This document shows positions 12,401 to 26,543 of a stretch of 64,000 bases of DNA, piece by piece. Below the pieces are notes generated by a model that worked only from the letters and a program-made list of their open reading frames with translations, was not told the origin of the DNA and did not search any database. A program made the position numbers and the translations under genes. The stretch covers positions 35,983,991 to 36,047,990 of the forward strand of contig NC_068985.1 in NCBI RefSeq assembly GCF_001194135.2. The letters run 5' to 3'. The stretch's first letter is position 1; every line of letters begins with the position of its first letter. The DNA is from Octopus bimaculoides (taxonomy: Eukaryota).

Positions 12401-13590
12401 TGAGAAACAAATTCATGACTAGTGAAGTAAGAATCTCACTCTCCCTCTCTTTNNNNNNNNNNNNNNNNNNNNNNNNNNNNNNNNNNNNNNNNNNNNNNNN
12501 NNNNNNNNNNNNNNNNNNNNNNNNNNNNNNNNNNNNNNNNNNNNNNNNNNNNNNNNNNNNNNNNNNNNNNNNNNNNNNNNNNNNNNNNNNNNNNNNNNNN
12601 NNNNNNNNNNNNNNNNNNNNNNNNNNNNNNNNNNNNNNNNNNNNNNNNNNNNNNNNNNNNNNNNNNNNNNNNNNNNNNNNNNNNNNNNNNNNNNNNNNNN
12701 NNNNNNNNNNNNNNNNNNNNNNNNNNNNNNNNNNNNNNNNNNNNNNNNNNNNNNNNNNNNNNNNNNNNNNNNNNNNNNNNNNNNNNNNNNNNNNNNNNNN
12801 NNNNNNNNNNNNNNNNNNNNNNNNNNNNNNNNNNNNNNNNNNNNNNNNNNNNNNNNNNNNTATGAATTTAGATGTTTCAATAACTAGAAATATTTTACAG
12901 TTGGATGCTCTCACTACCCAACAGTGATATTGGTAGCAGCTATACAGTTCAATGCTTCAACTAAGGCTTGAGTTTATTACTCATGTTTCATATGTCAATC
13001 TCTGATCTGTCAGTCTCACATATCATCATCATCATCATTGTCATCGTCATCGTCGTCATCATTATCATCATCATCATCACAATTGCTGTTCCCATTGTCA
13101 TTGCCATTACTGTCGAATCCATTGTTATTGTTGTCAACATCCACATTGTCATTGTCATCATTGTCATCATCATCATCATCATCACCATTTAATATCTGTT
13201 TTCCATGCTGGAATGGGTTGGTTGGCTCGACAGGAGTCGATAAGCTGAAGAAGTGTATCAGGTTTCAATTGTCTATTTAGGCTGGATGCCCTTCTCAATG
13301 TCGACCCCTTTTCAGAGTGTACTAGGTGCTTTTTACATGACACCAGCTCAGGTGTTTTATATGTGGCACTGGCACAGATATTTTTTATGTGGCACCAGCA
13401 TCAGAGGGTTGCTAAGTAACCTCTTAGTTGATAGAGGGAGTAGAACTGATGGAAGTAGTTGTGTGTCAGGTAAGAGGTTAGAGTATGATCGAGAGACAGG
13501 GATAATTGTTTTACTATAGAGGAGATATTTGGCCACCCCAGTAGAACAGGAAGGAGTGGGGAGGTGGAAAAGAGAAAGAAAGATAAAGAG

Positions 13591-13675
<85 letters not shown>

Positions 13676-14039
13676 AATAGATGGTGTGGGAGATGTATTG
13701 GAGCCTACCCTCAGTGAACAGGAGAGTAGGGTATAAATTATAGAGAGGGGATAGAGGAGGATGCTCCATGAGAGTATTGGGAATAGAGGAGGTTAGAGGA
13801 AGATGTTCCATGAGAGTGTTGAGTGGCTTGGAGTGGGGAGTAAGGAACAAAGAGAGAGTATGGAGAGTGTGTGGATAGGCACATGAGAGAGAGGAGGAGG
13901 GCTGCAATGAGTGTTGGGAAAATAGGGGTGTTTTGACAGGGGTCAGATAATTTGAGTGTCAGTGTGAGGGTGCATGGCCACAAAGGACATGCAAGAATGT
14001 GTGGATGGCCATGATTTCAATATCAATTAATTTACTTAC

Positions 14040-14106
14040 CATTCCATATTTTTCCAATCATGACATTTGCTTTACCAAGAAACTCAGCATTAATAATGAT
14101 TTTATC
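14040..14106 (-). CDS. MAM-mucin-TM protein, exon 4 (DKIIINAEFLGKANVMIGKIWN)
   Basis: ttttattctattttag|GAT...AAT G|gtaagt; 67 nt, phase 0 to 1, matching exons 3 and 5 exactly. Confidence 0.85.
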
Positions 14107-17100
14107 CTAAAATAGAATAAAAATAGAATGAGATTGGAAATTTTCAAAATACCATAATCCTTCAGTAGCAGGAATGAATGCTTCAAGAATCATTTTCCCT
14201 AAATATTTGGTTAATAATTATTAATTATAATTAAACATGTAGTAGAGAACTTTATAGTTGTGTTGCTGTTGCTTGTTCAGAAAATTATCCAGGGGATTCT
14301 AAGTAATTGATCAAAGATCAATGAAGAAGTTATTTCCAATAACTGAGTTCCTGTGTCCTAGGAATTTACTGTATCAGACTGATATGGTATAGTAGGAGTG
14401 CAATGGATGTCAGACTAAGTTAGAACTTAAAGCAGTTAGTTCAGAGAAGGAACTGTTTCTGTGTTCTTTGGAACTTATGTAAAAGAGATGGAGTTTGTAA
14501 AGTTAGAATTTTAGCTGACTAGCTATATGGCAGATCAGATATATGACTGACTAGTTATATGGAAAACCAGTTATAGGGCAGACCAGTTAGATGGTATACA
14601 CCTATCCAGTTATACAGTAGGGTGGTACAATTATATCCCAGTGTGGTTATATCATTTGATGTACTGTGTAATGTTTTAATATAATGCTCTACTTGCTTTG
14701 ACCAAATGTACATGTAAAATGATACAATGCTTATCAATGTGTATTTGGTTTTATGAATGTCATGATGGGACTGTAGGGCGATTTTTGTTGTATGTTATGT
14801 ATATTTGGTTTTCCTGAGATGTTGTTGACCAAATATCAACTTCCATTACTTCGTATTTGTGAATATGATTTTTTAATCAAGTGGACAGTAAATAATATAG
14901 CTAAATTAGTTTTAACATATTGAACATAATGAACATAAAATATTAACTTATAGTATATTAAATATAGAAACAACAACTTAAATATTATTTTTAATGCAGA
15001 TGTAATCTCTGAATAATTAATCACTATGATGTATTTTTTAACAAATATGTTTATTTCACTATAATATTTAGGTTAATTCCCAATGAAGAAGTTCTACTTG
15101 TCCAATCTATTTATTTTGAGTTAGCAGAGAACTTAAGTAGTAGAGTTAAAAAATCCCAACCAGCCCAGACAAAGTCCTTTCCATTATCCTTAAACATTGC
15201 ACCCACCCAGAGCTAACTCCTATACTTACTAAACTCTTCAATTTCTCCCTCTCTACAAGGATCTTTGAAAACATGCTACAGTGTGCCTCATTACCTAGAA
15301 AATTACCACCTCCCAATTATTACATTATTTTGGAGACAGCTGTTAACCACAACATTCTCCAATACCTTTCCTTAATGACCACCAGTACAGTTTCTATAGA
15401 ACAAGATCCACCGATGACTTACTCACATATATCACCCATCAGTGGGCTCTCACTTTGGAGAAATTTGGAGAATGGTTTCACACTCAATATCAGTAAAGGA
15501 CAGATCACTTGATATGTAACATTGATTCATAAGAAGTGTGAGAGCTGCAGAATTTAGAAAGTTACTGGGCATCCTATGAATTAACTAATGAAGACAGGAG
15601 CAAATATGAACCAAATGTACATAAAAAAGTACATGTATGCAGGATGAAAGTATGCTTTGAGCTCTTAATGGATGACATCAATGTTTAACATAGCTAAATG
15701 TTTGCTTGAAAATAAATGATATTGAACTCATGGAAACCTTAAAGACAAGATCTAAGATTAAGGTACATGGCAATATAGCTATTTAAAAACTATTTAATAT
15801 TGTCCATTAAGCTGACTTGTCTTCAAGAAGTTTGAAACCTTGAGTGATGTTCTGACAGCCAAACAATGGCCAATCTTAATTTGTGTATCAACTTTAGCTC
15901 TTTTCCAACATTATTGAAAATAATTGTTGTACTTATTTTCTGGCTGAGTTGGTAGAGTATTGGAAAACTAGACAAGATTCTGGCAACTCATATCCTGCTA
16001 CCAGAATATTGCCTCCTTTGCTTATTTTAATCCATTTGAAAATATTAGTCAGATCTGTTGATTCAGTTTTATTTAATACAATGCAAATTAATGTGATTGC
16101 AATTCAGAAGACATAAATTAGCCATTTAGAATCATACAAGACCATTAACTTCACTTGAACATTTATTTGTAATGTGGAGTCAAAAATTTAATTGTTTAAA
16201 ACTGTGTCATTTTCACTGAATAAAATTTGTGCTGCATCTGAAAATTTTTGATAATATTACAACAGATATTGCTAGGGATGTTTCTTTTGCTATTTTTGTA
16301 ATCATTTATCTATGTATAAAACTATTGTCAATTGATCAAGTAAATTTTGTTCTGACAAAGCTCTGCTGATGAAGTCCTGTAAGATAGAAACATGCCTATT
16401 AATCTCACTGTCCTGGTTAATAAAAAGCACTTTCAAAATTTTTTTTTTTGTCACAATAAAAGGTAAATATAAATTTTTAAAGAATTTTTCTGTGAATTCC
16501 ATTTAGTATGCAATTAGGTATTTGATTTAACAGATTATCATGTCACTTTTACTGGCTGAAACTTCCTAGTTCTAGGAAGCTGTGCTTCAAATTGCCTAGT
16601 GGGCACAGCATGAGTTTGTGTGATAAGTTCCTATGGGAAGTGTTACCCACAAAGTCTGTTATCTTTTTCAAAGCTAGTTTTTTAACTGTCATCTACTTAA
16701 TACCTCAGAAAGCAAATGTAAGTTCTGGCCCAATGAACAGACACTTTTGTATTTTCTTCTTATCACTCCCATCATACATTTCAAAGCAAACCTTGTTGAA
16801 TTGCAGCTTAGTTCACATTATGACTGTCCTTAGTATAAGGAGATGAGGCAAAGCTCCCATTACTTCTTAAAGTGCATTGGTTTTCCCAAACAAAATCATC
16901 CTACCATTTTTTCAGGCAAGAACAGCAATAAGAAATGGTCAAGAGATCTCATACAATAGAATTGGTTTTGCGTGTGCACGTATGTGTGTGTGCACATGTG
17001 TGTGTGTATTTCACGTGTGTGCACATGTGTATGTCCACATGTGTGTGCACATGTGTATGTGTCCATGTGTGTATGGTAATGAGCATGTGCTTGCATGTGT

Positions 17101-17295
17101 ATGTATGTGTGTGTGTCTGTGCATGCATGTTCATGTGTCTGTGTTTGCTGTGTTTGCACATGCATGTGTGTCTGTATTCATGTGTCCATTTTATGTCTGT
17201 GTAACCTCATGTGTATGTGTGTTCATGTGTCCATATATATGTGTTTATGTTTATGTGTGTGGGTATTCAAGTGTCCATGTGTGTATCTGTGTGAA

Positions 17296-17328
<33 letters not shown>

Positions 17329-17399
17329 GAGGGGAGAGGGAGAGAGAGAAAGAGAGAAATGATATCAGCAGAAGAATTTCGACAATAAGGAATTCTTAC

Positions 17400-17644
17400 C
17401 AATCTATAATTGCAATTTATGTGAGCCTTTGTCCAGCCATGTGCTGGAGATGCATTACAAGTCCATCTTGTATGATAAGTATCACTAAGCACACCATATT
17501 CAGCACAAATTACTGTTAACTTAACTTTACCATTTCCATTTATTCGATATAAGAAGGAAAAAGGCTTCCCATCTTCTCCGAACATAGCCGCTTGCCATGT
17601 CATTTCTGATGTACATCTGTTTTGTCCAGTGGAAACCATGTAAC
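17400..17644 (-). CDS. MAM-mucin-TM protein, exon 3 (core of MAM-like domain)
   Basis: ttttacctag|GT TAC ATG...AGA TTG|gtaaga; 245 nt, phase 1 to 0; GYMV...FSFLYRINGNGKVKLTV...RW...GWTKAHI resembles the MAM pattern FxYxxxG..LxV..W..W. Confidence 0.88.
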
Positions 17645-18516
17645 CTAGGTAAAACAATGCAAGATGGATGGATGATTAGACCAATACATAGATGAACAGA
17701 CAGATAAGCAAATACTTACATGAAGACAAACAAATTTTTATAAAAATACCTCAGATCATGACTTAATGAACTAATTTACAACATATGAATACATGTATTT
17801 ATCCATTACCCCTGATACAGTCAACACCTCATTATGTGAAATATTGAAATTATAGCATCATTAATTAGAAAATCATATCTTTAAAAACAATGAAGTTGGA
17901 AGATTGTATAACTATTACATTTTTTACATAAAATGTTATCATAAAGATTTAAGTGCATTTTATTTTTCTGTTTTCAGTAAATTTAACATGTGGAAAATAG
18001 CAAGATTTCCATCCTCATGTACCTGATTTTGAAGAGTTTGTGTCAGCCTATGGTCATAGACTTATACATTTTTTTGTTTGTTGTCATTTGTGACTTGCTG
18101 TTCAATACAATACCAAAGGAAGAAGAAAGAGAAACCTTGTATATTACAAACACATACTGTTTTAATGAACCAACTAACAGTGCCAAACAATGACAATCAG
18201 AATGCTTAAAAATGTATTTATAATCCTGATATATACTATATATACTGACAACAACCATGTCACAAATGAGATGTTTGACACCCACCAAATAATATATGTT
18301 TGAGGTAACAGTCTCTGTGCATTTTGAATGTCTAATATATCTCTCCCATGCTGTAATTTTTTTAGTTTTAACATTTCAATACACTGTCTCAGATGAAATC
18401 ACTTTCCAGAAAAGTATATCTTCATTATATATATGTATATATATATATCTGTCTGTTTCTCTGCATGTATGTATGCATGTATGAGTGTGGTGATAATAAT
18501 AATACTTATGACACCA

Positions 18517-18547
<31 letters not shown>

Positions 18548-19169
18548 CACATTCATGCACATACACATGTACATGCAAGCATCTACTCACATGCACATGT
18601 GTGCACATGAGTATGCATGCACATACATAAGTGTGCATGAGCACACATGAACATGCACCTGCACAAATGCATATGCATGCATGCAAACACATGGGCACAT
18701 GCACATATACACTAGTGTCCATATATCTGTATGCATGCATACAATGTACAGATGCACACATGCATGCACATGCACACACATGCACATGTATGCATATAAA
18801 CTCATTTGGCTATGTACAAGAGGTGAGAGTATGCAGGTAGTAAGGCATGAAGAAACGTTGGGGATTGAGGATTTCGGTCCTGCTCATGGGATGATATAGT
18901 TAGTTGGTACAGGCGGTGCAGGGGAGTAGCTGGTACTAAGGAGGTATATCCGGATTGTTAGCAGCCAGTGGTTTGAAATTTATGAGAAAGACATACCTTT
19001 GGTGATAGCAATAGGACAGATTGTATTTTTTGTTGATGGAGACTGCAGGTTGATAGATGACATGCAGGTTTCATGGAGGTAGAACTGGCAATTAAGGGTG
19101 CTGGGAGAATATGGTGGTGCCCTGTCAACAATAGTCCACTTGATGCTGGCTGTTTTATACATTTTGGAC

Positions 19170-19265
19170 ACCCTCAAGAGACGTACCCACCCATATAGGT
19201 TGGTTCTGTACAGGGATGATGGCCTGGCTATCTCAAGCCATATGAATGGGCATGACATGGTTCCG
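19170..19265 (+). mobile_element. Penelope-like RT fragment
   Basis: Plus strand contains LYRDDGLAIS (YRDD catalytic motif typical of PLE RTs). Confidence 0.55.
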
Positions 19266-19267
19266 TC

Positions 19268-20108
19268 TTGAGAGTGGGGAACCCGAAGACTGACAAGAAA
19301 TACTACATGAGAGGCCAGGATGCACAGGGGGAACAGACTGTGGTGGAGCTAGCAGAAAGTGAGGTGGAAGGGGATCTTGGCATCTTGATCGACAAAGGAC
19401 TGACCTTCAGGAACCACATAAACCAAGCAACTGCAAAAGCAAATCGAATCCCTGGAGTCACCCGACGATCATTTGACTTCATCACCCCTGTTGTCTTCGT
19501 CCAGCTGTACAAGTTTCTAGTTCGCCTGATTCTTGAATATGGACACACAGTTTGGCAACCCCGGCATAAAGCAATGTGTTGTGAGTTGGAGGATGTTCAG
19601 AGGCATGCCACCAAACTCATTGCATCCTTGAAAGAAAAGCCATATCCGGAGTGCTTGGCTACACTAAACCTGCCTAGTCTCAAACATCCCCGTCTCAGCG
19701 GAGATATGATCAACATGTATAAAGATACGCACGGCTGTACCTAACCAACCACCCCCAATTCAACTTCTAAGGCAGAAATATGAGAGGACACAGCTTGAAA
19801 TTGAAAAGATCATACTCAACATTAGAAGTAGGCTCAACATTAGAAGCTGCTTTTTTGTACAGCGTGTAACCGCAACCTGGAACTGTCTGCCAAATAGTGT
19901 GATCGCAGCATCATCAGTCAATGCCTACAAGAACAGGCTTGACGCACACTGGGGGGAGCTTCCTGCAAAATTTGATCCTGTCTGTTACTATTAGCTACAA
20001 CTGTCGAAGTGTTGTACCACACATGACAAATTAATTGTACTAGTGGAAAAGGACCTGTGAACAAGCTCCTAGGAGCTTCAACATGGAAACCATCCAGTAT
20101 CTAGTATC
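19268..20108 (+). mobile_element. CR1-type LINE 3' end (RT C-terminus plus tail)
   Basis: DLGILIDKGLTFRNHINQATAKANRI...LYKFLVRLILEY...WQP...LEDVQRHATKLI...L.LPSL; ends in a short ccagtat/ctagtat repeat. Confidence 0.85.
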
Positions 20109-20875
20109 CAATAATTCTTATTACACCAATGATACACACACATGCACACATACACATATACGCACATACACACTCGCACTCACATAAACATATATATACA
20201 CTTATGCTGTTTGTCATTCATGATGCTGTTACTAAGCACACAAGCACCCAAGGTCTTAACTAATACAAAGTCATCTCAGTGACTTTGGCATTGATTCATT
20301 CACCAATGTACTGCAATTGCTAGCCTTGCAAATATAATTGTCTCTTCTCTCTACTTATTCTATCACTACTGCAATGAACCTTCCTCATTTTAACTTGCTA
20401 CTTGAATACCACCTCCTCCAAGTCAAACCAAAACACCTGTCTTTCCTCATCTTCTAACACCTACTGTTTCACACAAGCACCTATACACAAACAATCCTTC
20501 ATCTCTAACGTGTCAACACTCTAGATATCTTGTTTTCGCAGATGTCAGCTTACAGATGTTCAAGCTGAACACGGACTTTATTGATCTAACATTTGAATGA
20601 AAATAGGTTTAATGTCTCATGACTGTGCACTGTCTCAGAGTTGGCCTGAGTAGTGTCAGCTCACAGCCTGGAGGGAAATGTTGAAATCAATGTCTACAAG
20701 TGATGTGATCTAAATTAAAGAATAAAAAAAACATTGATCTAACTGGTCTCCAATGGCTTGCAAATGTTTTGTTTGCTGTCCTTTCCTCTGAACAAAGACA
20801 GAAAAAATGCCAAAACTTAGAGTATCATTTCTGTTGTGTATATGTATATTATTGTGTATATGTATATGTATTTAG

Positions 20876-21318
20876 GTGCAGGAGTGGCTGTGTGGTAAGT
20901 AGCTTGCTTACCAACCACATGGTTCCGGGTTCAGTCCCACCGCATGGCACCTTGGGCAAGTGTCNNNNNNNNNNCCCACCGCATGGCACCTTGGGCAAGT
21001 GTCTTCTACTATAGCCTCGGGCTGACCAAAGCCTTGTGAGTGGATTTGGTAGACGGTAACTGAAAGAAGCCTGTCATATATATGTATATATATGTGTGTG
21101 TTTATGTGTCTGTGTTTGTCCCCCCAACATCGCTTGACAACCAATGCTGGTGTGTTTATGTCCCCATAACTTAGTGGTTTGGCAAAAGAGACTGATAGAA
21201 TAAGTACTAGGCTTACAAAGAATAAGTCCTGGGGTCGATTTGCTTAACTAAAGGCGGTGCTCCAGCATGGCCGCAGTCACATGACTGAAACAAGTAAAAG
21301 AGTAAAGAGTAAAGAGTA
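20876..21318 (+). mobile_element. tRNA-derived SINE, near full length
   Basis: Matches the copies at 30306-30710 and 45655-46015; (aaagagt)n tail. Confidence 0.9.
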
Positions 21319-21774
21319 TGGAATTAGTAACTGGCTGAGACAATAACATGCTTCGTGTAAAACCACTTAACCCTCAACAACAGTCAATTCACCTGGTTTC
21401 AAATCAGTACCATGAGGGCATATATTTCACTAATTAGGTAGCAGGAGAAATTTATAATTGATGAATGAATGGGGAAGGTACTGAGTTCTGTTTGATCTCC
21501 TTGTGAATTCCAACAATGACCAACTCATCTGTTTATGTACCAGGTTTTATATAGTCTGAGCTTCCAGAGTGTGATTTAAGAATAATTTGACTGCTATTTC
21601 TTGGGGATTAATAAATAAGTAAATATTCCTTCATATTTACTCAGACATTTTTGTTGGAACTGTTATATTAATAAGAAGGTAAAAGTAAGATGTGGGTAAA
21701 TGAAGAAAAAATAAGACTTTGTAATACTAATATTTCTCAAGTTTACAGAGAAAAAAAGAGAAAAAAAATCTCAC

Positions 21775-21876
21775 CTTTAGCTCCATCAAGTTGCTTGCTT
21801 GTCCATTTCCAGGAGCATTGTTCATATCCAGTAGACCAACTACACTTTCCGTGTTGGAAACTACATTCCCAGGAAC
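21775..21876 (-). CDS. MAM-mucin-TM protein, exon 2 (SWECSFQHGKCSWSTGYEQCSWKWTSKQLDGAK)
   Basis: 102 nt, phase 1 to 1; donor AAA G|gtgaga; acceptor ...tttcataatataaag| (AAG, weaker). CSFQHGKCSW matches the MAM N-terminal CxF...CxW motif. Confidence 0.85.
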
Positions 21877-23799
21877 CTTTATATTATGAAAATATAAACA
21901 TATTAGCTTTCTGAAAATATTGTGTACTGGAATAGTTTTACTTTATTTTTAATATCAATTTTGTTTTTACATAGACTCAAGGTATTAGGTTTAATATAGA
22001 AAGGGGAATTGAGATTCTGTGATGCTCATACCTTTCTCAATAGATTTAATTGAGTAAGTGGATTAAAATTGTTATATTTAAGACTTCATATTAAACATGT
22101 AACTTAGTCTAATAGTTTACGTTCCTTCATTTAGAATAGAGTTCTCATCTTTCAAGTACTCTTGCCCCAAATGTTTGGTCTATATTAGAAATCACAATGC
22201 CGATAAATTGGTTATTTAACATCAACTAGTTCAAGTTAAAGAATCAGTACAAAAGATTAGTATTGACATTGGAAATCTATTTTCAAATCCTCTCATCAGA
22301 TCTTTATGTGCACTGTTGCTCTTCAAGATAGCTGTCAGACAGAATCTAGGAGTCTAAGAAAAGCTGACTACTCATTTTCTGGTAAGGCCAAGAGAGAATA
22401 TGAAACTCATGGACACAGTGTTTTGTTTGAATACACTTCTTTAAGTCTTACTAGCTCAGATACAGAGTGCATGATTTTCCTTCACAAGATTTCATCTTCT
22501 CTGTATGTATGACACTAAACTTGTTGTTGTTGATGACACTTGGACAGTCACAGCAAACATTTCCTGGGAAAAGAACCGTGATAAGTTTTGACAACTTTAA
22601 TGCCAGAAGTGATGCAATAAAAAGATTGCCTATTTGCTTAGATTGTTAAAATATTGACAAGGTCAATGATAATTGTTAAAGCCACTTAAGGTAGGATGAA
22701 CAGGACTTAAAACAAGGCAGTTTGTGATATAGACTAGTCACTTGTCTGCATCAAAGACAGAGGGGTTGATATTCCTGAATGTAACAAACGATACAAAACC
22801 AGAAAAGCCAGTCCACTTTAACACATTGCTCTCATATGTCTTCTTGAGAAACTGTAGAATATTAAATGCTATGCAGCCCTTGGACAACCGCAAAACAATC
22901 TTTCACATAGCTGCAATAGAATCTTCTGAGAAAATTCCTGCAGCATAATAATTGGCACTCATTCTCTTTAGAAAGGTTATGTCACTTCAGTGCTGCAAAT
23001 TATAGATTCTTCAGGCCTACAAAATCTTTCCTTCTATGAGGAATCATCAAATACTTGTGACAACTAGAAGCAGAATTCAAGAAACTGTCTGAATAGGCAT
23101 TTGTAACAAGTAATATCTGGGAGATGTACTCTGGTGAAAAGAAGAAAGATACTTCAATCAGTAATAAATTGCTCTGTTAAAGCCCAAATCTATAACAATA
23201 ATTACAGAGAGACTAGAACAGATAGAGAAATGGATGGGACTTTACTGAATATCATTGAAGAAAGAAACTTGTTGACCAATCAACTTTGATGGTATTGAAA
23301 GTTTCCCATGTATGATCAAACAAGATGAATTTCCAATAATAGAAGGACTTATGATCAGATGCCATCAGGCAGAGCGCCAAGAAAAACTTGTATTTTGATA
23401 GAGTTCTTTAAAAACAGCATGCCAGTCTTCCTTGTACTTCTGCAAAAGCTTCTCATTCAATGTTGGGAAAGGGCACAGTTCCTCAGGATATGTGAGATGC
23501 CAATATTGTTGCACAATACAAGAACAAAATGTAACAGTAGTGATTGCAATAATTTACAAAGTTATATTTCTTCTTACTTTAGTTGGCAAAGGTTTGCAGA
23601 CAGAATATATCCTCAGTCACAATCATATACCAAGTAATCAACTACAGGCATGGTATTTTCATTGCATCAATTTCAAGAAAATAATGGAAACATAATCAGC
23701 CACCATATTTAGCCTTCATTAACCTAGCAAAGCTTTTGACTTTGTTGTTTAAAATGGTCTTTTAAGATGATAACATTCACTGATTGCAAACCAAATCTA

Positions 23800-25018
23800 T
23801 TGGGTCATCCCATTAATAATGCGTTTTTTTTCAATTGCAAGAACTAAAGGTTGGAGGGGGATGGGATAAAATACCTGCATCAACTTGCTATAAAAGTAGG
23901 CAGTAATTTTACCTTGTACTTATTCTTAGTGAAAGTTTTGAAGAGTGCACTTTAGTTTTAACAGTTATTTTTTCAAAGCTATAATGGAAGTGACAAAGGA
24001 GCATATTTGGTATATTTTGCTTTATGAGTTCAATAAAGGCAACAGCATATTGGAAAGTGCAAAGAATATTAATGCAGTATTTGGGGATTGGGTAATAAGC
24101 ATAAACCAGTGTCAATGGTGGTTCCAGAAATTCCAAGCTGGAAACTATAGCCTGCAAGACAAGCCTCGTCCTGGAAGATCTGTAGAGCTTGATGAGGATA
24201 TCCTGCAAACCCTGGTGGAACAAAATCCTGCTGTAACTGTTGAGGAACTATCAGAGAAGCTTAAATTTGGTCATTCCATCTTTGGTTTACTCTTTTACTC
24301 TTTTATTTGTTTCAGTCATTTGACTGCGGCCATGCTGGAGCACCGCCTTTAGTCAAGCAAATTGACCCCGGGACTTATTCTTTGTAAGCCTAGTACTTAT
24401 TCTATCGGTCTCTTTTGCCGAACCGCTAAGTGACGGGGCCATAAACACACCAGCATCGGTTGTCAAGCAATGCTAGGGGGACAAACAAAGACACACAAAC
24501 ACACACATATACATATATACGACGGGCTTCTTTCAGTTTCCGTCTACCAAATCCACTCACAAGGCTTTGGTCAGCCCAAGGCTATAGTAGAAGACACTTG
24601 CTCAAGGTGCCATGCAGTGGGACTGAATCCGGAACCATGTGGCTGGTAAACAAAATGCTTGGCCACATACAGCGAGGATGACATTGTAAAGGTTGCAGCA
24701 GTTTGAATGGGAAATGATGCCCCACCCATCATATTCGTTGGATACTGCCCCATCTGATTATCATTTATTCCACAATCTTCAAAATCATTTGGACAGAAAA
24801 AATATCAATTCTGTAGACAAGGTCAGAACAGTACTAGAGGAGTAGTTTTCATCACAGACAAGTGAATTTTGGAAGTGGGGCATTGCAAGTCTACCAGACA
24901 GATGGAAGAGCATTGTAGAAAATGAAGGAGAGTATATTTTAGATTAAAAAACTGTTTATCTTAATTTTGAAAAATAAAAAAAGTATAAAAAAACTGCAGT
25001 ATTTATGGGATGACCTAA
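23800..25018 (+). mobile_element. Internally deleted mariner (Tc1/mariner) element with TA TSD
   Basis: TA|ttgggtcatcccattaataat ... atttatgggatgacctaa|TA; HTH ORF from 23984 (MEVTKEHIWYILLYEF...GRSVELDED); C-terminal piece similar to NARPHTARMT...PHPSYSLDTAPSDYHLF. Confidence 0.9.
24281..24652 (-). mobile_element. tRNA-derived SINE inside the mariner
   Basis: Reverse complement of the 20876-21318 family; head slightly truncated. Confidence 0.9.
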
Positions 25019-26543
25019 TAATTTATCATAAGGTCTTTCCATAATGGAATGTTGAACTCTGTATACTATGATGGATCAATGTCTTGTGAATTTGGAAGGA
25101 AAAGCAGAGTTAAATAAGTTTGGTATCTTCTTAATGCTACTCATAAAACAAATACTAAAGATAGGTAAGATGGCTGAATCTGTAATATAGCCAGACTAAA
25201 TGTCAAAACTGGGATAAGAAAAGACTTGGCATTTGCTGATGTTGAAGCTATATCTTTAATCTATGCAGAAGTCTAAAATGTATTATGCACAGATTTTCAG
25301 GAGTTACAATCAGTCACAAGAAGATCCGTGTTATAATCAAAGGTAAGTAACTGGACATAGTATATAAGTTTTAATATCTTGGCTCCATTGCTACAGATAA
25401 CATTGCCTGAGAAAGAAAACTGGGAAGAAATCAACTGGAAATGAAATTATTACTCTCTCAAGACTCACTTAGAAAGTATAGCAGAATAACATCAGAGATT
25501 ATTTGCAAAGAAATACATTTGCCAGGATTGTGTTCTTTGTACAATTATTTATAGCAGTGAATTGTGGACAACATGTTTTTCACAAAAACAACAATTTTCA
25601 TGTGTTCCATATGAAGTGTTCCTGCAGAATCCTTGAGATTTGCTGGCAGGACGGGATTTCCAGGGTAGGCACATCCTCCATGTTTTCTGTTCCCACTCCA
25701 ATGACAACTTTGATAAATTGAAGATGTTCATTGCTTGGATGATGGTCATATTCCAAATTAGGTGGTCTCTGGTGAACTGGCATTTGGGTGTAAAGAAAAG
25801 GTCACCTTTTGCTGAGATACAAAAATGTGTAGAAGTATGACATGAGACTAACACATGGGTAGAAAATATTTCACAAGACCAGGATGAAATAATGTTAACA
25901 GTAATTAGCACACTCTTATATGTATGTGTACATATAAAACTTCTTTTATTTTGGCATGAGGCCAGCAATTTTGAGAGGTAGTGAAGTCGATTTCATCAAC
26001 CCCAGTGCTCAACTGGTACTTATTTTATTGACGCCAAAATAACAAAAAGTAAAGTCAACCCAGCAACATTTGAACTCAGAACGTGAAGTCATAAGAAATG
26101 CCATTAACCTTTTTATTCAGTGTGATAATGTTTTTGCCAGCTTGTCATCTCATGTTTACATGTAAATGCATGTACATATTTATGGATATGTACATGTGAG
26201 TATGTGTGCAAAAATGTGTTTGCATGCATATGTGTGCACAAATATGTGCATGTTCATGTATTTTAAGTGAGCGTGTATATGAGAAAGTATGTGTGTGTGT
26301 GTCTGTATGAGTGTAAGTGAACATGTGTGTGTGTATGTCTGTGTGAACATGTGTGAGTGTGTGTGCATATGTGTGTGAATGTGTGTGTGTGCCTGTGTGT
26401 GTATGCCTGAGGTCTTTGAGAACCATTGACATACAATTGTGCATTTTTTTTTTTTAACCTTACATTAAGCTTTAGGTATATAGATATCAAATTGACTAAT
26501 ACGACATATTTGTTACTTGAAAATAAATCTATTAATGTCTTAC

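Larger units (their letters stand above)
22300..25850 (+). mobile_element. Decayed RTE-clade LINE (endonuclease to C-terminus) interrupted by a mariner
   Basis: YSFSGKAKREYETHG and FDNFNAR (endonuclease); LLQKLLIQCWE and DCNN...LVGK (RT); after the mariner, FHMKCSCRILEICWQD (C-terminus). Confidence 0.7.

Noticed and set aside
20936-21003. 29-bp direct repeat either side of a 10-N gap in a SINE
   Set aside because: Typical unmerged contig overlap; assembly artefact.
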